Assembly (NCBI RefSeq): GCF_006345805.1
Contig: NC_042999.1
Span: 64,232,001 to 64,296,000 of the forward strand
Direction of reading: 5' to 3'
DNA length: 64,000 nt
From: Octopus sinensis
Taxonomy: Eukaryota
Shown here: piece by piece, positions 14,030-26,068 of the stretch
Layout of the letters: each line of letters opens with the position of its first letter
Position numbering within the stretch: position 1 is the first letter of the stretch
Translations under genes and position numbers: made by a program
The notes under the pieces: generated by a model
Seen by the model: the letters and a program-made list of their open reading frames with translations, nothing else
The model's database searches: none
What the model was told of the DNA's origin: nothing

Positions 14030-15026
14030 CATTCAGGGATTGGACAAAATAATGTAAACATCTTAAAATTTCAAACAAATTTATTTTAATATAGGGTAGT
14101 ACTGCCTTTGTCGGTAATTACACCTTGAATTCTATGAGGTATGGACTCGTACAAAGCTTGAATTATTTCCAAAGGAATATTTGTTCATTCTTTGTCTAAA
14201 GCAGTCTCCAGTTCTTGTAGTGACGATAGTGGAGATATCGACTCCTTACTTGATTTTCTAAAATGCACCATAAATGTTCAATAATATTGAGATCTGGGGA
14301 CTGTGGTGGCCAGAAAAGACGTTCAACTTCACTAGAATGTTCCTCGTACCATTCAGTAAACAACTTTAGCTGTGTGAATTGGTGCATTATAATCCTGAAA
14401 GATTGCGTTTCCCACCGGAAACAGTTCTGTAACCATAAGATGAATTTGATCGGATAAAATGGTTAAATAGTCTTGACTATTAATTCTGCTTTAAAGGGAA
14501 AACATTAGGCCAGCGGATTTCCAAGATGTAGTCCCCCAGATCATCACAGATCATCCTCCATGTTTAACAGTTGTAAGAAGGCAGTCTGGGTCAAATGCTT
14601 CTTTTGGCTGTCTCCACACGTATACTCGGCCTGTGGTCGGAAATAAGGTAAAGGCTGACTCGTCCGAGAAAATAACATTCTTCCGCTGCTCTAAGGAGCA
14701 ATTCTATAGGTTTTTACTCCACGCTAAATGCTTTGCAACGTTTGTTTTTGAAAGTAGTGGTTTTCTGGTTGCAGCTCTCCCATGAAATTCGGCTTTGTGC
14801 AGCTCCCGGCGAACAGTTTTTTGTGGAAAGTGGGTTCTTGAGGTGGTCATTAAGCTCTGCAGTAATTTTGGGTGCTGTACTTTTGTGATCCTTTCTAACA
14901 ATTAGCGCAAGAGTTCCTATCTGAAAGTTCTGGCTTTCTTCCGGAATTTTGTTTCGACGTGAAGGTTTTTCAAAATTATGATGCTATGATGCTAGGTGTT
15001 TCCCTTATTTTGTCCGCCTCTGCATG
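14030..15026 (-). mobile_element. Degraded Tc1 transposon (997 bp)
   Basis: Imperfect TIRs CATTCAGGGATTGGACAAAATAA / CATGCAGAGGCGGACAAAATAA with TA on both sides. Fragments TVRRELH..RKPLL and WPPQSPDLNIIEHLW. Confidence 0.88.
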
Positions 15027-15060
15027 TATATATATATTATGTATATATATATATATATAT

Positions 15061-15097
<37 letters not shown>

Positions 15098-15111
15098 TAT
15101 ATATATATATA

Positions 15112-16796
15112 CACTTGCGTCGGAAATTAATTAGCACTTCTCAAATTTCTACATTTTCTTACATTTTCTTAATTTAATTAACTTATTATCAGAAACGAAC
15201 TCGTTTTTAATCAAAAATTTATTAAAACATATCCCAGCACACCACATAATTGTTATTAATCGCGAAATTTAGTCAATATCTTGTTGCTCCTCCTTTGGCA
15301 GCAATGAGAGCTGCTACGCGGGTCGGCATGCTGTCTATGAGCGCCTGCAGGTACTGTGCAGGGATGGCCCCCCATGCAGCAAGAAGTGCCCCAAACAGCT
15401 CGTGTCGGTTCCTGTATTGTTGCACATTCAAATCCCTACCCAATCGACTCCAGAGGTTCTCAATAGGGTTCAGGTCAGGTGACTGGCCAGGCCAGTCCAT
15501 GACCGTCACCCCATGGTCCTTGAAGAAACCGGTTGTGAGCTTGGCTGTGTGGGAAGGCGCGTTGTCCTGCTGGAGCAGTACTCCTCGCCACCAAAGAGGT
15601 ATCCCGTACTATCTCAACGTACTTCGACGGCATAGAGCCGCCAACACCACTGTAGCTGAACGCCCCTCACACCATCAGACCACCCCCACCTTGCTTCATG
15701 GTGGGAGCAATGCAGTCTTTGTTGAAGCGCTCACCTGCGGTGTCGCACATGGACAGGCTTATCACTGACGAGACTGAATCGCGACTCGTAAGTGAACATC
15801 ACTGTCCGCCACTGCTGCACGGTCCATTGTCTTGTGGGCACGGGCCCAGAGCAGCCGCCTCTTCCGGTTTTGGGCTGTAAGGAGCGGCTTACGGGTGGCC
15901 CTACAGGATTTTAGACCAGCTTCCGGTAATCTGGTCTTGACGGTGGTTGTAGACAACTGCTTCCCTGTCATCTTTTGCATCTCCTCCGCCTGTTGCCGGC
16001 TCGTTACCCTTCGGTTGTACAGTGACTTTCGGATCAGCATCCGGTCCTCCCGCTGGGTCGTCAGCCTCTTCCGTCCCCTACCCTTTTTGTCAGCTGCTGA
16101 TCCGGTTTCCTCGTATTTCTTAAATAAGCACTGAATTGTGCGCCTGGCTACACAAAGTTTTCTGGCTATTGCAACCTCCGACAGCTTCCCACGCCACGAG
16201 AGAGCCTTGTACCGTCTCTCCAAGGTCATGCGAGGTCTTGGGTCCATCTAGGAATGAACGATAAAAACCAGTTATTTTCATTAAAACTATTCATTGAATA
16301 ATGTTATGCTATAACAAAACTGCTATGAGGTATATTATTAAAACAAAAAAGAAAGAAAGCAGAATTTCTCATCTTATTTGATGTATAACAGAAAGTTTTG
16401 TGAACCGGAAGTGACGTCACCAAGCAGAGTGTAGGAGAATTTGTGAGGAAAAAAAAATCTTGCAAATACACAAATCAATTAACCTACAAGCTGTTCAAAA
16501 CGTCTTACGCGATGAGAAAACTTAGTACGGTGTGATTTCGGTCCTTGCGAGGCGCTACCTATATCTATTAAACAAAGGAAGATTTATCTGCATCCGCACC
16601 CCAAGTTGTTGTTGCACTGCTATGTCAACATCATTAGACTGTAGACTCTCAAACCGCTCTGAAAACAAAGTTACGTCATCGTCTGCACAACAGTGAACTC
16701 GCAACAAAGCAATAGTTTGAGATATGGCACTAGGTGACAGCAAATACCTTGAGTGAAGAGCAAATCAAGGGTGCTAATTAATTTCTGACGGTAGTG
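15112..16796 (-). mobile_element. Tc1 transposon (DD34E) with frameshifted transposase
   Basis: TIRs CACTTGCGTCGGAAATTAATTAGCAC / CACTACCGTCAGAAATTAATTAGCAC with TA TSD. HTH region with GRGRK at 16247-15762. QQDNAPSH-x-WPGQSPDLNPIENLW gives D-34-E spacing. Confidence 0.93.
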
Positions 16797-16881
16797 TATA
16801 TTATATATATATAGCATAATATATATATATCTATATATATATATATATATATATGCATATATATATATATATCTATATATA

Positions 16882-16915
<34 letters not shown>

Positions 16916-16977
16916 ATTATATATATATATATATATATATGCATATATATATATATATAATATATATATATCTATAT

Positions 16978-17022
<45 letters not shown>

Positions 17023-17055
17023 TTATATATATATATCTACTACATAACATATATA

Positions 17056-17335
17056 TCACCGTGACGACCAGGCTATCAGATGTTGCTAGACATCGCTGGT
17101 CACAAGGCGCTTCGTATTGTTTTAGCTTTCAAATGACGCCACTCCGGTAACTAAGCGGGCAGGCCAACAGAAGAAAGAGTGAGAAAAAGTTGTGGCGAAA
17201 GAGTACAGCAGGGATCGCCACCACCCCCTGACGGAGCCTAGTGGAGCTTTAGGTGTTTTCGCTCAATAAACACAACACCCGGTCTAGGAATCGAAACCGC
17301 GATCCTAAGACCGCGAGTCCGCTGCCCTAACCACA
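17056..17335 (-). mobile_element. SINE family C (tail type 1)
   Basis: Reverse complement match to 1349-1632. Confidence 0.8.
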
Positions 17336-17371
17336 CACACACACACACACAACACACACACACACATACAC

Positions 17372-17403
<32 letters not shown>

Positions 17404-17593
17404 TATATATATATATATAGACATACATATATATATACATATATAACATATATATAACATATATATACAAACATTATATATATACATATAAATATATATA
17501 TATATGCCCACATATATACACATGCAATATATATATATATATTATTAAATTATTATATATACATGCATACATATATATATATAATATATATAA

Positions 17594-17626
<33 letters not shown>

Positions 17627-17649
17627 CCATATGTTACATATATATTATA

Positions 17650-17885
17650 TCATACCTCGATACAGTGTGGATTAAGATCCCCGTTAACAGGCCGCTGGTA
17701 TTTATAGAATGTTAAACACTTTCGGTATGCAAAATAGCGATTCCTTCATAGAGTAACTGCTGCATTTGTAGACGCCTCTGATGAGAACCCAGTAAGGTTC
17801 GAAAATCGATTAAGGTCGTTCATCATCTTTTCTCAGTCTGCGGAGAAATGGCTAAAATTTGACCTGTTTATAATTATACCACACA
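17650..17885 (+). mobile_element. Putative Penelope-like pseudo-LTR remnant
   Basis: ~230-bp island between microsatellites, containing a canonical minimal hammerhead. PLE origin inferred from that association. Confidence 0.5.
17771..17820 (+). ncRNA. Minimal type-I hammerhead ribozyme
   Basis: GACGCCT-CTGATGA-GAACC(CAGTAA)GGTTC-GAAA-ATCGAT-T-A-AGG(T)CGTT. Intact core, 5-bp stem II, palindromic stem III AATCGATT, bulged stem I. Confidence 0.8.
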
Positions 17886-17886
17886 A

Positions 17887-17951
<65 letters not shown>

Positions 17952-17954
<3 letters not shown>

Positions 17955-19235
17955 CAGATATAGCAAATGCAAAAATTCACATACCACAGAATATTGTGTT
18001 ACGGATTGAGAGAAAAGAAAGGAGTCACGGTAGAGTTGCTATGTGCATCCGCGAAGACCTGCCACCCCAGGGCCTTTTGTCACACTCAAATTCAGTATGT
18101 GACACGCTAATTGTACATATAAGGCAAATTGATGTAATATGTACAACATATCTCCCTCTAGATGCTCCGAATCACGCGGACATCTTTGAAGATTGTCTTA
18201 CAAAAAAAAAAATTCTAGTTACATTAGAACACATAAGTGTACTTCTTATGTGAGACTTCAATCTGCCTAATGTTGGATGGCCTGAGTGCCTTTCTCTCAC
18301 AGGAACTGTGCGCTGCGAACAAGGACAGGTGAAGTCCCTCCTGAACCTTTGTACATGGAGCAAATAGTACTCCAGCCAACCAGGGCAGGTAATATACTGG
18401 ATCTCTACATCACAAATAATATGGATCTCATCCATAATGTGTAAGTAACACTACTCTCGGATCACAATATGGTAGAGCTGACCATGTACGGACCAAAGGA
18501 AACCATGGACACGCAACTTACAAGAAACTCTCAAAATCTTTCCAGTTTGAACTTCCAAAAAGTAAACTGGAAACAAATTAAGAAAGAGGTCCTCAAACAA
18601 AACTGGACTAAATGTCTCTCCTCACCGGACATCGATATGAAACTTCAACTATTCATATCTGTAATGCAAGCTGTATGCTACAGATATGTCTCAGAGAGAA
18701 ACGCCAATGTACACAAGAACAAAATCCCCAGAGAGAGGAAAGTTTCTTATGAGACAGCGTACAAAAATTTTAAATCGTTTAAACAAACAATTTGAAAGCA
18801 GTGAAAAATCCCGCCTGAAAATACAGTTGCTGGAGATTGAAAAAAAATTGCAACTCTCCCACGAAAAAGAAAGAGCAGACAAAGAAATCTGAGCTATAGA
18901 CAATATAAAATCTAACCCCAGAGCCTTCTATAAGTTTGCCAAAGAAAAAGCCTCAGTGCATGCAGGATAGGACCACTCCTTGAAAAAGATGGTTCGCTCA
19001 CGGGAAACTCGACGAGGATAAATGAAATACTAAATTTAGCAATTCAAGTATTTTCACTCCACTCCTAGGACACATGCAAGTCAGCAATCCAGCTGACTTT
19101 TTCGCTACTGCAGATATAAAAACAGAGAGCTGTGATGACAAAGTTGAAGTGAATCTAACGGCTTTTGTGTGTTTCTTAAATGGTTTATAAACACCTTCCA
19201 CGCTGCAATTGTTTTCGTTCCAGCACACGATCTCA
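17952..19235 (+). mobile_element. Degraded CR1-clade LINE fragment (AP endonuclease and linker)
   Basis: RKERSHGRVAMCIRED, LDLYITNN and SDHNMV remnants. 18985-19130 resembles the reverse complement of 11930-12050. Confidence 0.8.
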
Positions 19236-19424
19236 GATCAGGTCACTTGCTATGCATGTACATCTCCGTAACATATATATATATATATATATATATGCAT
19301 ATGCATATATATGTACATATATATATGCATATATATGTACATATATATGCATATATATGCATATATATGTACATATATGCATATATATGTACATATATAT
19401 GCATATATATGTACATATATATGC

Positions 19425-19456
<32 letters not shown>

Positions 19457-19600
19457 TATACATATATATTTTTGTATATAATGCATATACATACATATGT
19501 ATTTGTATATATATGCATATATATACATAGGTATATGCCCATGTATATGTATACATATATATATATGCATATGTGTATACATATATATATATATCCCTAA

Positions 19601-19648
<48 letters not shown>

Positions 19649-19712
19649 ATATATATACTTGGTGATGGATGCGTGGCGTTCAGTCATATAATAATATAAA
19701 TAATATATATAT

Positions 19713-21041
19713 AACTACTCCTTTGAACTCCCAACTCGCATAAACAAAGATCTCATAATAGAAGGACTTAGATTTATTTTAGAAAACAATTACTTTATTT
19801 TTGACAATAATTTCTACAGACAAAGATCGGGAACAGCGATGGGCACGCGTACTGCGCCTTCTTTTGCCAACCTAGTGATGGGATACCTCGAGAAAATACT
19901 CTACCAGATAACACTCGAGAAATATGGAAACACCTTCTCCACCTATATCCAGAACAACTGGAAAAGATACCTGGACGACTGTTTCATCATCTGGGATAAA
20001 AGTATAGAGAAACTTGAGGAATTTAAAATACTATTAAATGGAATAAATGATAATATACAATTCACGATGGATCATAACGAAGAAGAATTACCATTTTTAG
20101 ACATCCTCATTAAGAAAACCGGCAACAAAATAGAGACAGATATCTATTATAAACCGACAGACTCCAAACAGTACCTACCCTTTGATTCATGCCACCCACG
20201 ACACACTAGAATAAATGTCCCTTTTTGTCTAGCTAGAAGGATTTGCACCATAATATCAGACACAAACACCCGACACACATGTTTCCAGGAACTTAGAACC
20301 ACACTCACAAATAGAAACTATCCACAGCCCCTAATAGACAGTGCAATCCAACGGGCACTTAAATTAAGTATAGAAGACCTGAGACAAACAAAACCAAAAA
20401 AGAAAGAACAATTAAAAACCCTTCCCTACATCTCTACACACAACCCACTTAACAATGAGGCCTTCAGCACCATACTACAAAGCACAGCCCTGCTAAAGGG
20501 AGACCCAAAGATGAACCGGATCTTCGAAACACACACCATCATTAAAAGTAAACGGCAACCAAAATCCTTGAAAAGGATTTTAACCCAAGCTAAACTGCAC
20601 CCAACATCAACCACAAAACCAGCAGTTAGAAAATGTGGAAGGCCCAACTGCGGAATCTGTGTCATCTTAGTAGAAGGTTCAGAATTTATACTAGAACAAG
20701 GCCATCAGTTCACCATTAGAACAAACTTCACCTGTGCATCAGAAAACTTAATTTACGTCTTAACATGCGCAGGCTGCAATAGGCAATATATAGGCCATAC
20801 AAAAAATAGCTTACGTAACAGGATGGCGGTGCATAAATCACAAATTAGAAACCCTGAATACCGGAAAATACCGGTAATCGGACACATAGATAGAGGTGCT
20901 GCAAATGAAAATCCGAAATTTACAACTTACCCACTTTACAAATTCAGTGACAGCGTAACCTTCACGCAACGCCAAAATAAAGAACTTTATTTCACCAAAA
21001 AATTTAGACCAAGTTTGAACACCCTGGGCCAGGAATATTAA
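19713..21041 (+). CDS. PLE reverse transcriptase / GIY-YIG endonuclease (partial, 442 aa open)
   Basis: [57 protein letters not shown] and NRMAVHK. The frame stays open 42 codons upstream of the listed ATG. Confidence 0.88.
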   Translation, partial: NYSFELPTRINKDLIIEGLRFILENNYFIFDNNFYRQRSGTAMGTRTAPSFANLVMGYLEKILYQITLEKYGNTFSTYIQNNWKRYLDDCFIIWDKSIEKLEEFKILLNGINDNIQFTMDHNEEELPFLDILIKKTGNKIETDIYYKPTDSKQYLPFDSCHPRHTRINVPFCLARRICTIISDTNTRHTCFQELRTTLTNRNYPQPLIDSAIQRALKLSIEDLRQTKPKKKEQLKTLPYISTHNPLNNEAFSTILQSTALLKGDPKMNRIFETHTIIKSKRQPKSLKRILTQAKLHPTSTTKPAVRKCGRPNCGICVILVEGSEFILEQGHQFTIRTNFTCASENLIYVLTCAGCNRQYIGHTKNSLRNRMAVHKSQIRNPEYRKIPVIGHIDRGAANENPKFTTYPLYKFSDSVTFTQRQNKELYFTKKFRPSLNTLGQEY

Positions 21042-21299
21042 AACAAAACATTGGTCTTCCGAAAAAGAAAAAAACGAAACTCTACCACAACCACTACGAC
21101 TGCTCCCACTAGCACTACCACTACTACAACCACCGTGGTCGCTGTTACTACGGCCACAGTGAGAGAATTAAAATAGTGGAGGTGGGGGCAATTACAATTT
21201 CTCAGATCCTTAAACAGTCACTCCCGCTGGCAGTGGTATGTCTTAGGGAAGGAAAAATTTATAAAAAGATTTTTTTTCTCTGCGAACAGATCTGATTTT

Positions 21300-21590
21300 G
21301 ATTAGTCAAAAAATTGATGACGTTTTACCTCAGTAGTCAAGCTTGTCGCCATGCTTGATTGGTTTCCTTACAAGATACAATTATGGGTCAGGTCTAATTC
21401 TGATTCGTTAAAAAATTGATGACGTTTTTCTTCCGTGGTCAAACTAGCCGTTCTGCAAGGTTAGCCACCTAACAGGATACAATTATGGGTCAGATCTAAT
21501 TTTGATTCGCTAAAAAATTGATGACGTTTTTCTTCCGTGGTCAAACTTGTCGTTCTGCTTGGCTGGTTTCCTAAACAGGATACAGTTGGG
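21300..21590 (+). repeat. ~102-bp tandem repeat x2.8 in the PLE 3' region
   Basis: AAAAATTGATGACGTTTT at about 21308, 21411 and 21513. Confidence 0.8.
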
Positions 21591-21970
21591 GATATTTTCC
21601 TTATATTCGTTGAAGCTTGGCTTTGATTGGTTTGGAATTATATGACGTCAGTGAACAGTGCCAGAGACCACGGCTACTACTGCTTTCACAGCCACAACTT
21701 AACTGATATAAACCCAACGATCACAGGTTTACCAAAATTACGCTAACAGTCGACGACCAAGAATCACTACTGTTGCTCCCATCAGAACACAAGGTAAAAT
21801 CTATAATGAACTCCTGCACTACACTTGACAAAACAGTAAGGAACGACTTACACCTTATAATATATTTTTCGCCTTTTCAAGAACATGGATTCTATTGAAT
21901 GTATATAGCATGGACTCTATTGAATGTATGAAACAATTATGAACTGTTCCATTATACTCTTTATTATAAA

Positions 21971-22029
21971 AAATTTTTTTTTGATAAGGTTCGTTATTTC
22001 AAGAACCGAAACATGTAAAATTAAAATTT
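21971..22029 (+). ncRNA. Type-I hammerhead ribozyme, U3-A8 variant
   Basis: AAATTTTTTT-TTGATAA-GGTTC(GTTATTTCAA)GAACC-GAAA-CATG-T-A-AAA(TT)AAAATTT. Located at the 3' end of the PLE. Confidence 0.7.
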
Positions 22030-22099
22030 ATCTAATATAGTGGCATTTTCAAACTTCTTTTTTACAAATATATACCCACTCGTATACGATCTAATCTTA

Positions 22100-22138
<39 letters not shown>

Positions 22139-22179
22139 ATATATATATAGGCATATATACATACATATATGTACATACT

Positions 22180-22242
<63 letters not shown>

Positions 22243-22751
22243 CACGCATATATGGAAACAGGACGTCACAAACATGAAATGCAAACATGAAATACGAAAA
22301 CATGAAATCCGATATACGAAAAATAAGATGTAATACGAAGACAGACTTCTTTTGCTAACAACGAAAGAAACAAATGGAAAACAAGATAAGGAACATAAAG
22401 AACGACCCTTCATCAGTTGTCGGTTGTTTATCTACTCCACATTTCGAGCAATTCACAACAATATGTGCTTTCTAGAAAACAGTTGCTCCTGCAAACCAAA
22501 TTATAGAATTTGGGATTTTGCGCAGGGTCAAAGTTAGTAGCATAAACAGGATAGTGAAAGAAATAGTGAGGGCTGCTAAGCCAGACGGGATCAGCAAAAG
22601 AAACCGATAGAATATGTACTAGGCTTACAAATAATAAGTCTTATGGTCGATTTATTCAACTAAAGGTGGTGCTCCGTATGGCCATAATGAAATGACTGAA
22701 ACAAGTAAAAGAATAAAATAATATATATACATGCTCGCGCGCGCGTATATA

Positions 22752-22809
<58 letters not shown>

Positions 22810-22855
22810 ATACATACATAATACATACATATATATGTGTGTGAGTATATGTTTA

Positions 22856-22931
<76 letters not shown>

Positions 22932-22932
22932 C

Positions 22933-23308
22933 GGCACTCCGTCGGTTACGACGACGAGGATTCTACTTAATTCGATCAACGGAACAGCCTGCTCGTGAAG
23001 TTAACGTGGAAGTGGCTGAGCACACCACAGACACGTGCACCCTTAACGTAGTTCTCGGGAAGATTCAGCGTGACACAGAGTGAAACAAGGCTGGCCCATT
23101 GAAATACAGTACAACAGAAACGGGAAGAAAGAGTGAGAGAAAGCTGTGGTGAATGAGTACAGGCAAGGTTAGCCACCACTCCCTGCCGGGGCCTCGTGGA
23201 ACTTCGGGTGTTTTCGCTCAATAAACACGCACGACACCCGGTCTGGGAATCGAAACCGCTATCCTATGATCACGAGTCCGCTGTCCTAACCACGAGGCCA
23301 TTGCGCCT
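22933..23308 (-). mobile_element. SINE family C (tail type 2)
   Basis: Head GGCGCAATGGCCTCGTGGTTAGG and the same central domain, but the tail ends ..GTAACCGACGGAGTGCC. Confidence 0.8.
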
Positions 23309-23320
23309 CCACACACACAC

Positions 23321-23392
<72 letters not shown>

Positions 23393-23627
23393 TCTTACTT
23401 GCATTTTGGCAGTAAACCGGATACTTCAGTCATCACCACCAGAAATGAGATGAGAATCACGCTGATTAATGACCATATCTGCTACTGTATGAAGGCATCA
23501 AGTATGTTCTCTTTATCCCTGTAACTCCCCTCCCATCCCTGTTGCAGTGTATTTACAGCTCCAAACGATGAATGTAAATGGGGAAATTACGGATCATTTC
23601 ACCAAACATCAGAAAAAGAGAAAAAAC

Positions 23628-24025
23628 ATTAGGAGTGGCTGTGTGGTAAGTAGCTTGCTTACCAACCACATGGTTCCAGGTTCATTCCCACTGCGTGGAA
23701 CCTTGGGCAAGTGTCTTCTACTATAGCCTCTGGCCGACCAAAGCCTTGTGAGTGGATTTGGTAGACGGAAACTGAAAGAAGCCTGTCCTATATATGTACA
23801 TATGTGTGTTTGTGTGTATATGTTTGTGTGTCTGTGTTTGTCCCACCAGCATCGCTTGACAACCGATGCTGGTGTGTTTATGTCCCCGTAACTTAGCGGC
23901 TCGGCAAAAGAGACCGATAGAATAAGTACTAGGCTTACAAAGAATGTTTCCTGGGATCGATTTGCTCGACTAAAAAGGCGGTGCTCCAGCATGGCCACAG
24001 TCAAATTACTGAAACAAGTAAAAGA
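23628..24025 (+). mobile_element. Full SINE family B (tRNA head, internal TA/TG tract, CR1-like tail)
   Basis: AGGAGTGGCTGTGTGGTAAG head through CAGCATGGCCACAGTCAAATTACTGAAACAAGTAAAAG. Confidence 0.82.
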
Positions 24026-24583
24026 GTAACGAGTAAGAGTAAGCATTTTGTTGAATTATTCTTTTCGTTTAACATGCTTTGTGTATTATATATACATGCA
24101 GAAAAGCACTACCAGAATCTACGACCACATAGGATTAGAATGAGAGTGTTGATTAAGTATTAAACTGCGCCCCCCACCCCGCTTATAACCTTGATTGCCT
24201 GCCCGAGTGTGGGGTGTGGTCTTTAACTAAGTATAGATGCTGTAAAGCTGGAAAACAGATCTGTAGGGTGCACTATGTTGCCTGGCCAACAATCTGTTTG
24301 GAATAGGTTTGCCTTCATAAGAACTGATTTGAGGTTACGGAATAGGGACACCATGCGACCAATACCATGCAACCAACACATCAAAGCCATCACCTACAAC
24401 AATAATAGCAACAGCAACAACGACAGCGACAACAATAATACTAACAACACTATCACCAGCAATATTAAGGAAATCAACTGCACCGCCGACAACAAAAACA
24501 CATAAAAAAACACCAACAATACCACTAACGTCGACAACAGTATGACGAACAGCATTGCCAAACAACACTGCCCAAGCCCCCCC

Positions 24584-24843
24584 CCTATAAGGCGCCTTAT
24601 AGGCGGGGTGTAGGGTAGTGATTTGTTTGCCAGCGCTTGTTTTGGCTGGAATAGGCGATGGTTTAGAATAGAAAAGAATACCAGTGACTGTACCGCATCA
24701 CTGGCGCTAGAGGTGCCCCGTCTAATTTTTACTTCTCAAACCTGCACCATCGAAAAACCGCTTGTGGCTTACCAGTGTTTCGCGTGTGCGCGCATCTCAC
24801 AAGCGATTTTTCGATGGCGTTGATTTCGTGACGTCATAATCTT

Positions 24844-24881
<38 letters not shown>

Positions 24882-25130
24882 TAGTAATATTAGTATAATA
24901 TGTTAGCATGTAATAAAGACAGAAAGGTAAGTATGTTTAAAAATTAATGAACGTGAAAGTTCATTAATGGAATTTATTGCCTCGTATAAAAATACAGTAG
25001 CTACAATGAAACAAAAAACGGGAGAGGGAGGGGGTAAGTTAAAGTTCATGTTGCGGACGCGCGACCTGCACCAGTGAAAAACCGCTTGTGAGATGCGCGC
25101 ACACGCGAATTACCAGTGTCAATGGAGGGG
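24584..25130. repeat. Palindrome and inverted-repeat cluster (MITE-like)
   Basis: Perfect 20-bp palindrome CCTATAAGGCGCCTTATAGG (24584-24603). CGCGTGTGCGCGCATCTCACAAGCG (~24781) is inverted to CGCTTGTGAGATGCGCGCACACGCG (~25083). Confidence 0.55.
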
Positions 25131-25304
25131 GAGCAAGCGCAGGCTCTGCGTAGTTACCAGAAATAATCAAGAAAAAAGTCAGTGTTCATATAGAAAATGT
25201 CATAGAAGAAAACCTCTTTACGGAAGTCAAATTTTTTGTAGCCTTCTTCAACAACACTGAAAGCACCACAACAACAACTTCCGCCTCCCAACGACAACAG
25301 CGTG

Positions 25305-25500
25305 GAGTCGCAATGGCCCAGTGGTTAGGGCAGCGGACTCGCGGTCGTAAGAACACGGTTTCGATTCCCAGACCGGGTATTTTGAGTGTTTATTGAGCAA
25401 AATCACCTAAGCTCCACGAGGCTCCAGCGGAGGTGGGGTGGGTGAACCCCCGCTGTACTCTTTCACCACAACTTTCTCTCACTCTTTCTTCCTACTTCTT
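25305..25500 (+). mobile_element. SINE family C, 3'-truncated
   Basis: Head CGCAATGGCCCAGTGGTTAGGGCAGCGGACTCGCGGTCG and central domain. Confidence 0.75.
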
Positions 25501-26068
25501 CCACAAAACAGAGGAACCATGGTGTAACCCACTATGGTGTGGTAAACTTTCAGACCCTAGTCTAGATTGCGAATCCTCTGTACCCCAGGATGGTTCAGCT
25601 CTCCACCCGTTAAAAAAGCCACCGTTTACGGAATGAGGATAACAACGTAGCTTTCGCGCCCGTGCAACCGCCAGTCTATCGCGTGTGGTGGGTGGATCTT
25701 CAAGTTGCCACACGCATTCTTAGTAGGTTAGAGTAGGCTCGAATTTGAGATTATTCTTTGTGGCTAATGGCGTGAGTCCTTACTGGAAGTAGATGACAAC
25801 AACGCCACTAACACACTCAATACCACCAAGAACACCCCCACCATTACTACCACAACCACCACCAACGACAACAACTCCAACATCAATACCAACACCGACA
25901 ACATCCAGTCCAATGGGTACGACAACCTCAATTAAGTGAGATGTTGTTAGAAGTAACAGTGGAATAGTGGGAAGTGACTGTAATAATAATAAGGATAACT
26001 GTAATAATAATAAGAGTTTAATTATGAGAGAGTGTGAGCAGGTGCACTCACTTGAAAATTCAAGTCGT

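Larger units (their letters stand above)
19713..22105 (+). mobile_element. 5'-truncated Penelope-like element (RT plus C-terminal GIY-YIG; Neptune-like Cys linker)
   Basis: Stop-free frame from the (TA)n boundary to 21041, followed by a ~1-kb 3' region with ~102-bp repeats and a terminal hammerhead fold. Confidence 0.9.

Noticed and set aside
22395-22450. Minus-strand CTGATGAAGGG with upstream CGAAA
   Set aside because: No closing stem II plus GAAA downstream, and no stem I for a type-II permutation. It is at most a decayed PLE remnant.
24380-24545. (AAC)n-rich ORFs here and at 25790-25920 as N/T-rich protein exons
   Set aside because: No convincing splice sites or homology. They are degenerate trinucleotide microsatellites.
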